From positions 1 through 5,304 of the forward strand of contig MTSL01000070.1 of the NCBI GenBank assembly GCA_002794465.1: a stretch of 5,304 nt of DNA, given 5' to 3'. Position 1 is the first letter of the stretch. Each line of letters begins with the position of its first letter. The DNA is from Paramicrosporidium saccamoebae KSL3 (lineage: Eukaryota > Fungi > Cryptomycota). Below are positions 1-5,302 of the stretch, one piece after another. The translations under genes and the position numbers were made by a program. The notes below the pieces were generated by a model, which was not told the DNA's origin, did not search any database, and saw only the letters and a list, made by a program, of their open reading frames with translations.

Positions 1-20
1 CCCCCCCCTCCCCTCCCCTC
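1..20. repeat. C-rich low-complexity tract (CCCCT-like) at the window edge
   Basis: CCCCCCCCTCCCCTCCCCTC, beginning 9 nt past the coiled-coil gene stop codon. It may be a sequencing artefact. Confidence 0.55.
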
Positions 21-29
21 GGCATTTGA

Positions 30-2018
30 CTATTGTGCAAAGATGTGATGCTGCTCGGTGAGTTCAACCACTGTAGATGCCAACTTGCGATAGTCAGCCC
101 CTGTCAAGTGTTCACCAAACAGTCTCCCAGTCGCCTGCTGATCAACAGTGATTTTCGGCTCAGTCAAGGTCCTCAGGCTAGCCAAGTCTTTTGCCTCGCT
201 TTCAATTTGTTTCTGTCGCGATAATAGTCCGCTTGCAAACTCGGCTCTCATCACTGCCTCGGCTTCTCTCGCCAACTGAGCGTTCAGTTCAGCTGGAGGA
301 TTGCTATGAAGCTCCTGCTTAATCTGCTCCACCACAAACGCCCTTTGTTCTTCATGTTGGTAAAGTTGGGCGAGGATTGGATTTGAACGGGGGACACTGG
401 ACAGACGCTTTTCGCATTCCTCAGCTCGTCCTTGCAAGTTGGAAATTTCTGCGTAGCACATAGTGATTCGTCGATCAAAATCTTCGTGTCCCACCTGGAG
501 CTGCTTATCAATGTCATCGTGTCTTCTGGTGAGGACACGCATCTGCTGGGTGCAATTGTTCATGCTTGTATTTGCAGCGCGCAACTCTTCTCTAACGGGC
601 GCAATGTTAGAGTGAAACTTTTCCAAGTGGGATTGATGTTCTTTAATTCTGTACTCCAATTCGTTCCACTCGGGCTCCAACGCTGCAATCGTTTCCTGCA
701 GGCCGTTCACAGAATCCTCCAATTCCTGTACCCTTGAGCGATACTCTGCCATCCTTGGAGACAGTCTCTCCATCTGATCCTGCGCCGGCTTCAATAGCGC
801 CTCCGCCTCGCGCTTCCCCCTTTCTGCTTCACTCTTCTTTGCCATGAAGCTTTCAATGAGACTCTGCTGATTACCGAGGCTTTCGCGTGACTCTCTCACC
901 GACTGCTCCAATGATCTTTGCAGCCCCAGAGTGTCTTGGTAAAAGTCATTGGCCTGCTTCTCGTCGTGCTGTAGACACTGAATCTCCTGCTGCAGTTGGC
1001 CTTGCGAGCTCATGTTGGTGTTTAACTGATCAATCACGTGTGCCTGTTGTCTCATTAACTCTTCAATTTGTCTTTGTAGCTCATCTTTTCTTGCGCTCAA
1101 GGTCTGATTCTCTCCTTGGAGGGCCTTCAATTGGGTTTCATGCTGGTTCTTTAACGCAGTCGCCTGATTTTTTAGTTCCATCGCTCTTTGGGCAGTGTCT
1201 CGCGCCCTTTTCAGTTTCTCTTCATTATTACCCACACTGCTCTTTAGAGCATCGTATACTCCGCGATTCTCATCCGCACCCGCCTGGGAGTCAAGAATTA
1301 GCCCAACTGCTCGATCGTAGTCCGCCTTTGCCTTTGCTAACATTCCCTCCCATCTCATAAGCTCCTGATTTGTGGCAGAGTAGCTGGCCTTGAAAGAGTT
1401 CAATTGCTCTTGCTGAGTGCGTACATCCTGTTGGTACTTTTCTAGCTCGGGCCCAATTTCATTCTTGCGTTGGATCAAGTTGAGCTGCATACGCTCGGTT
1501 GTGCGAATCTGCTCTTCTAATGAACTTAATCTGGAAGAGATCTCGTCATGACGAACACGAGAATCCTGTTCACCCTGATGAGCACCGTTTAAATCGCTCA
1601 AGATTGCCGCGCGTTCGTGTTCCAATGTCGCTCTGGACGCCTCGGCTCTTCTGCGCTCTTCTTCCAAGTGGCGCACTTGAGCTTGCTTGGCCTGGCATTG
1701 GACATTGAGCATATTAAGCTCTCCCTCAATGCGACGACGCTCCTCAGCCATTCCAACCTCCCATTCTCTGGATTGTCGCTCAAGGTCCAGCTTGGTCTGC
1801 AGACAATTGATCCAATTTGGATGTACCTCGATCATATCCTTCTCCAGCTGTCGCGTATGATCCATTTCTTCCTTCATAATGTTTTCTGCTTGGACCAAAG
1901 TCTCATGTAGGCGCTGTGTCAGTATCCCCGTTTGATGTGCCTGTAGTTCAGATTCTTGGTGTCGCTCTTCTTGCATTTTTGGCAGGACACCGAAGCGACT
2001 GCCGACCGTTCCCGACAT
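30..2018 (-). CDS. Hypothetical long coiled-coil protein, 662 aa, intronless
   Basis: Uninterrupted 1989-nt ORF from ATG at 2018 to TAG at 30-32. Very rich in Q/E/R/L/A with heptad-like hydrophobic spacing. No Pro between P67 and P190 or between P190 and P411. No recognisable catalytic motif, Walker A/B or SMC head. Confidence 0.85.
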   Translation of the reverse strand: MSGTVGSRFGVLPKMQEERHQESELQAHQTGILTQRLHETLVQAENIMKEEMDHTRQLEKDMIEVHPNWINCLQTKLDLERQSREWEVGMAEERRRIEGELNMLNVQCQAKQAQVRHLEEERRRAEASRATLEHERAAILSDLNGAHQGEQDSRVRHDEISSRLSSLEEQIRTTERMQLNLIQRKNEIGPELEKYQQDVRTQQEQLNSFKASYSATNQELMRWEGMLAKAKADYDRAVGLILDSQAGADENRGVYDALKSSVGNNEEKLKRARDTAQRAMELKNQATALKNQHETQLKALQGENQTLSARKDELQRQIEELMRQQAHVIDQLNTNMSSQGQLQQEIQCLQHDEKQANDFYQDTLGLQRSLEQSVRESRESLGNQQSLIESFMAKKSEAERGKREAEALLKPAQDQMERLSPRMAEYRSRVQELEDSVNGLQETIAALEPEWNELEYRIKEHQSHLEKFHSNIAPVREELRAANTSMNNCTQQMRVLTRRHDDIDKQLQVGHEDFDRRITMCYAEISNLQGRAEECEKRLSSVPRSNPILAQLYQHEEQRAFVVEQIKQELHSNPPAELNAQLAREAEAVMRAEFASGLLSRQKQIESEAKDLASLRTLTEPKITVDQQATGRLFGEHLTGADYRKLASTVVELTEQHHIFAQ

Positions 2019-2035
2019 TATGCAATAGAGTTAAG

Positions 2036-2070
2036 TTTTGGGTTTTGGGTTTTGGGCTTCGGGTTTCGAG
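2036..2070 (+). repeat. Heptamer tandem repeat (TTTTGGG)3-CTTCGGG-TTTCGAG; G-quadruplex-forming motif
   Basis: Read directly. Four G3 tracts at 2040-42, 2047-49, 2054-56 and 2061-63, separated by 4-nt loops. Confidence 0.85.
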
Positions 2071-2147
2071 TCATGAGTCTGATTTTTCCCTTTTTAATCC
2101 AAAGTTACGAGTCTGATTTCGAGGCACTCTTCAACTTGTGCACAGGA

Positions 2148-2211
2148 ACTATTATCACACACGCTCCACTATTACCACACGCCCTTCACTATTATCTATC
2201 ACACACGCTTC
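2148..2211. repeat. Degenerate ~20-nt tandem repeat, 3 copies
   Basis: ACTATTATCACACACGCTCC (2148-2167) / ACTATTACCACACGCCCTTC (2168-2187) / ACTATTATCTATCACACACGCTTC (2188-2211). Confidence 0.85.
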
Positions 2212-2228
2212 ACCATGACTCGCCCGAT

Positions 2229-2234
2229 TTTATT
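2229..2234 (-). terminator. Putative polyadenylation signal AATAAA overlapping the CDK1 stop codon
   Basis: The minus strand reads GAC-TAA-ATAAAA; the hexamer shares its first A with the stop codon. Confidence 0.45.
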
Positions 2235-3214
2235 TAGTCATCTTCCCTGTATTTTTTAACAGTTACAGGACGAATTCCTCGAATCTCGTTAAAGTATGGA
2301 TGCTCCAACGCGCGCTTAGCAGATATTCTCTTTCCCGGATCGTAGATCAACATTTTACTCAGTAGGTCGAGGCCTTCGGCGTCCAATTGTGGCACAGCCT
2401 TAGCGAGAGGAACCGCCGGCCATTGCGGAAAAGTAGGCTTGTAATCGGGCAATTGTGAGACGCCAGGCCATGCCTCCTCAATGGGTGTTCCTAACGCTCT
2501 GAATATACGGTATAGCTCGTCAATTTCAGAGTCTCCGGGGAACAGAGGGGTCTGTGAGGCCATTTCGGCAAAAATACATCCGATTGACCACATATCGACA
2601 GAGGTAGAATAGTGCTTGGATCCAAGAAGTACTTCAGGCGCGCGATACCACAGAGTCACAATTTCGTGCGTATAAGTCCTCACTGGGATTCCAATGGCAC
2701 GGGCAAGACCAAAGTCGGCTAGCTTTAACATGCCTTCCGTGTCAATTAACAAGTTCTGTGGCTTCAAATCTCGATGCAATATTCTTTGACTGTGGCAAAA
2801 GGCAATCCCACTTACCAGCTGGTGCAAATAGCTCTGCAATTTTAGAACAGACTGGCCGTTTTACCTTTACTTGGCGTGGCGTGAGTCCCGTCTGCTTGAC
2901 ACTGTCCATATATTTCTTCAAGTCCAGGTCAAGGAATTCAAAGACTAAATAAAGTTTGGAATCGTTGTGAACAACATCCAGCAGCCTACACAGATGAACG
3001 ACCTCGCCAGCCAGTACCGGACCACATTGACATGCTGCAATTCCTTGAGCACTGAAATTTCTCGGATTGCTGTGGACGGCACACCCTCTTCCTCGCTCTC
3101 TAGACGAATCTTTTTCAGAGCAACGACTTGTCCAGTATTTCTGTCTCGAGCTTTGTACACCACTCCATAAGTGCCCTCGCCAATCTTTTCAATTTTCTGG
3201 TAAGCGCTCGCCAT
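2234..3214 (-). CDS. CDK1: Cyclin-dependent kinase CDK1/cdc2/CDC28 (CDK1/2 family), 305 aa; exons complement(join(2234..2833,2865..2985,3018..3214))
   Basis: The spliced product reads [22 protein letters not shown]...VALKKIRL...[12 protein letters not shown]...HVNVVR|[27 protein letters not shown]...QVK|SYLHQL...HRDLKPQN...KLADFGLAR...[15 protein letters not shown]...GDSEID...HPYF. It has a perfect PSTAIRE helix, GEGTYG (T14/Y15 equivalents), the T-loop Thr and the GDSEID motif. Exons of 197+121+600 = 918 nt keep frame. Confidence 0.97.
2834..2864 (-). other. Spliceosomal intron 2 of CDK1 (31 nt, phase 0)
   Basis: GTAAAACGGCCAGTCTGTTCTAAAATTGCAG. Removing it joins QVK to SYLHQL, matching the VKSYLYQ segment of CDK1/2. 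The track's 'M' at 2839 is an intronic TTG. Confidence 0.93.
2986..3017 (-). other. Spliceosomal intron 1 of CDK1 (32 nt, phase 2)
   Basis: GTACTGGCTGGCGAGGTCGTTCATCTGTGTAG. Removing it restores VVR-LLDVVH; without splicing the frame stops at 2945. Confidence 0.93.
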
Positions 3215-3238
3215 GGCGATACCGTGTGGGAGAGTTAG

Positions 3239-3249
3239 TATATATATAT
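3239..3249 (-). promoter_or_regulatory. TATA-like (TA)n tract upstream of CDK1
   Basis: An alternating TA run 25-35 nt upstream of the CDK1 ATG. Function is inferred from position only. Confidence 0.4.
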
Positions 3250-3383
3250 CTGACCAGGGACGATTCCGAGAACTCAAAGACCCCTTCTTGCAAATATTAT
3301 ACGAGTTGAAGACATGGCGGATCAGCGACCCTCACCGAGCTAGCAAATTCAGACTTTTAATCAAAAAACGCCTGCTGGTTCAT

Positions 3384-4355
3384 CTAGAAATGCTGCGTGT
3401 CAATATAGGAGGGCACCAGGCGGGTAAATTTTACCAGTTCAGTTCCTACCGTGCTGAGAATATCAGATGCATTGTGTGCAAGACTATAGTCCCGATCGTA
3501 GACAACTCGGGTAATCCCACACTGAATAATCTTTTGAGAGCAATTCAGGCACGGTGCAGTAGTCGAATAGATGGTCGCTCCTTCGCAACGGGCTCTCCCC
3601 GCTTCGAGGAGCGCGTTTTCTTCGGCATGCAAACAATAACAGTGCTCCAGTGCAACTCCGCGGCGAGCATTGCTATTACAGCGGAGGCACCCGCCGTCAC
3701 AGCAATTCGCCAAACCACGCGCTGTGCCATTGTATCCAGTTGCAACCACGCGCTTATCCTTTACAATGACAGCTCCGACTCTCCTCTTCATGCAGTTGCT
3801 ACGGCAGCTTGCCAGTTCAGCCATCTCCATAAAGTATGAATCCCAATCGGGCCGCACCCATCTGCCATCAAAAACAGTGTTATCAATAACTTTGCGTAAG
3901 TTGTCCAAAGTGCCGCCATTGGAAATAGTCAGTCGTGCGCTAGACATGACATGCACTAGTCCTTTCTGATACATGTTCTCGTCGTCATTCTTGATGAGCG
4001 TCTCTAGGGTAAGCTGGGATTCCCGCAAAGAGCACCGCTCAAATCGAGACGATACGGGCGCAACAATCGCTAGTATCATAAAGAAGGGCCTCTCCATAAA
4101 AGCTTCAAACTCGTGTTGCTCTTCAAGACAGCAAATGACAAAATTCTCCTTCCAATGGTCCGTCACATAATCTACAGCGGCAGCAACTGTGGCAAGCTCC
4201 AGCTCTGCCGTTTGCAAACAGAGTGCCTCTAATCCATTATTTAATCTGGATGCTTTTTGTATGGAAATGAGGCAAAAGTTGTGAACCTTGATCAATTGCT
4301 CTGCAACAGCAGACTTGCCAGAACCAGCAAGACCGCAAAGGCCAATGACCGTCAT
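3384..4355 (-). CDS. DCD1: dCMP (deoxycytidylate) deaminase, fungal Dcd1-type, with N-terminal P-loop NTPase/NMP-kinase-like domain, 323 aa
   Basis: C-terminal RPDWDSYFM...RSNCMKRRVGAVIV...TGYNG...CLHAEENALLEAG...PCLNC...IIQCGITRVVY contains the Zn-binding HAE and PCxxC motifs of the cytidine/dCMP deaminase family. N-terminal GLAGSGKS is a Walker A motif. Confidence 0.95.
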   Translation of the reverse strand: MTVIGLCGLAGSGKSAVAEQLIKVHNFCLISIQKASRLNNGLEALCLQTAELELATVAAAVDYVTDHWKENFVICCLEEQHEFEAFMERPFFMILAIVAPVSSRFERCSLRESQLTLETLIKNDDENMYQKGLVHVMSSARLTISNGGTLDNLRKVIDNTVFDGRWVRPDWDSYFMEMAELASCRSNCMKRRVGAVIVKDKRVVATGYNGTARGLANCCDGGCLRCNSNARRGVALEHCYCLHAEENALLEAGRARCEGATIYSTTAPCLNCSQKIIQCGITRVVYDRDYSLAHNASDILSTVGTELVKFTRLVPSYIDTQHF

Positions 4356-4389
4356 GAAAGTGATTGGTCCATCGAAACGCTCTGTGATG

Positions 4390-4486
4390 GTAAAGGCGAG
4401 GAGATCCCTAGACTATGAATGTAAAGTAAAGGCAAGTATGTTGATCCCTAGATAATGAATTTGAGGTAGAGGCTCTGTTAGACAAT
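4390..4486. repeat. Degenerate ~36-40-nt direct repeat, 2 clear copies plus 1 decayed
   Basis: GTAAAGGCGAGGAGATCCCTAGACTATGAAT (4390-4420) and GTAAAGGCAAGTATGTTGATCCCTAGATAATGAAT (4426-4460); GATCCCTAGA is exact at 4403 and 4443. Third remnant GTAGAGGCTCTGTTAGACAAT at 4466-4486. Confidence 0.7.
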
Positions 4487-4541
4487 ACCCACTCATAAAT
4501 GATAATCCCGATAGCTACCCCAACACACATCGGCAACAGCT

Positions 4542-5177
4542 TTATAGATGAACTTTTTCTGAGACAACTTCTTTTACAATGCTGGATATTTGGCGAAATT
4601 TTTCATGGTCTGCGCTCTTCAACATGGCAAACAGGACAGCTTCACTGGAGACGACCGAGGCACCCCAAGTTCTGAGCTGGTCAATGGCTTCACTCCGATC
4701 GTTAGAATTTCGTGAGCTAGTTGCATCGGATATGACCGTTACCTCCCATCCTCCTTGAAGTAGATCCATTGCTGTCTGCAGGACACAAACATGGGTCTCG
4801 ATGCCGAACAAAATTACAGATGTCTTACTTGGGCGCTCCTTGAGCCACGAGTCGACTTTGGGGGTCACCATGGAAAACTTCATTTTTGCCATCTTCAACT
4901 CGGCATGCGCAATGTCCAATTCTTGGATTGTTGTACCCAGTTTCTCGGGATTCTACAAGATATTATCTCCACGCTTGTTCACCTGCGCACCTGTTCAGCC
5001 ACAATTAGCGGAATGTCGAGAATCTTGCCAGCTGCAATCTACAACTTAATTTTCCATGAGCCATACCATTCGGCTAGACGCTTTAATTAATTCAGGGAAT
5101 CGATAGCTTAGAGGTCGAAACCGTTCCTGAATGTCGCACAAAAACATGACAGCGGAAGATGGCAAGAGCCCCTTCAT
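4542..5177 (-). CDS. Isochorismatase-domain protein (ISOC1/ISOC2-like cysteine hydrolase), 189 aa; exons complement(join(4542..4952,4991..5038,5067..5177))
   Basis: The spliced product reads MKGLLPSSAVMFLCDIQERFRP...SSRM|IAAGKILDIPLIVAEQ|NPEKLGTTIQELD...KMKFSMV...SVILFGIETHVCVLQTAMDLL...DATSSR...SSEAVLF...DHEKFRQIS. This matches the ISOC motifs CDxQExFR, EQxPxxLG, KxxFSM and GxEtHVC (D-K-C catalytic triad). Exons are 111+48+411 nt, all in frame. The paralogue (ISOC1 or ISOC2) cannot be assigned by eye. Confidence 0.92.
4953..4990 (-). other. Spliceosomal intron 2 of the ISOC gene (38 nt, phase 0)
   Basis: GTGCGCAGGTGAACAAGCGTGGAGATAATATCTTGTAG. Removing it yields the conserved EQ-NPEKLG motif. 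Confidence 0.88.
5039..5066 (-). other. Spliceosomal intron 1 of the ISOC gene (28 nt, phase 0)
   Basis: GTATGGCTCATGGAAAATTAAGTTGTAG. It contains an in-frame TAA, and removing it restores the conserved reading frame. Confidence 0.9.
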
Positions 5178-5256
5178 TGCCCTTGTGCAAACATGACCAG
5201 CTAGCTTTACTTAGCATTTACAAACACCTTAAAGCACACTTTATGTTCGTACCCAT

Positions 5257-5263
5257 GCGACTT

Positions 5264-5302
<39 letters not shown>

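Noticed and set aside
33-1910. Plus-strand ORFs (33..224, 432..737, 887..1360, 1499..1708, 1617..1910) and nested minus ORFs 284..538 and 1598..1783
   Set aside because: They are shadow or alternative frames of the 662-aa gene with no recognisable motifs; antisense frames of Q/E/K-rich coding DNA are commonly stop-poor.
30-2018. SMC/Rad50, myosin or intermediate-filament assignment for the coiled-coil protein
   Set aside because: There is no Walker A/B or signature motif, no hinge, no motor domain and no IF rod-end consensus. Composition-driven similarity is not evidence of homology.
2148-2211. CRISPR-like array
   Set aside because: The units are adjacent with no unique spacers, are degenerate, have no cas genes nearby, and the sequence is eukaryotic. 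The same applies to 4390-4486.
1916-2237. Plus-strand ORFs 1916..2116 and 1956..2237 crossing the intergenic region
   Set aside because: They have non-ATG or weak starts, and their low-complexity translations (GFWVLGFGF, HYYLSH) simply reflect the DNA repeats.
2234-3277. CDK split into separate ORFs (2945..3277 and 2234..2839), suggesting a pseudogene, frameshift or two genes
   Set aside because: Two GT-AG micro-introns restore a full-length 305-aa kinase with all motifs intact. The ORF-track starts at 3277 and 2839 are not the real starts.
3215-3383. MCB (ACGCGT) or E2F cell-cycle boxes upstream of CDK1 or DCD1
   Set aside because: I found no exact ACGCGT or convincing TTTSSCGC in either upstream region by eye.
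3384-4541. AvcID-like anti-phage toxin-antitoxin system (P-loop deaminase plus upstream sRNA)
   Set aside because: The context is eukaryotic housekeeping genes with spliceosomal introns, the deaminase matches the fungal Dcd1 type, and there is no evidence for an sRNA upstream beyond short repeats.
4542-4919. 125-aa ORF as the complete isochorismatase
   Set aside because: It lacks the N-terminal catalytic Asp motif (CDIQERFR), which is encoded in upstream exons 5067..5177 and 4991..5038. The listed start is a TTG (Leu) inside exon 3.
2758-5090. Other short ORFs overlapping CDK1, DCD1 and ISOC (2758..2952, 2967..3170, 3067..3309, 3545..3745, 3670..3969, 3973..4170, 4791..5090, 4801..5049)
   Set aside because: They overlap well-supported conserved genes in antisense or alternative frames and show no family motifs.
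30-5177. Bacterial-style operon of four co-oriented genes
   Set aside because: Spliceosomal introns, a PSTAIRE CDK and a eukaryotic-type tRNA show this is a eukaryote. There are no Shine-Dalgarno-type signals and the genes share no pathway.
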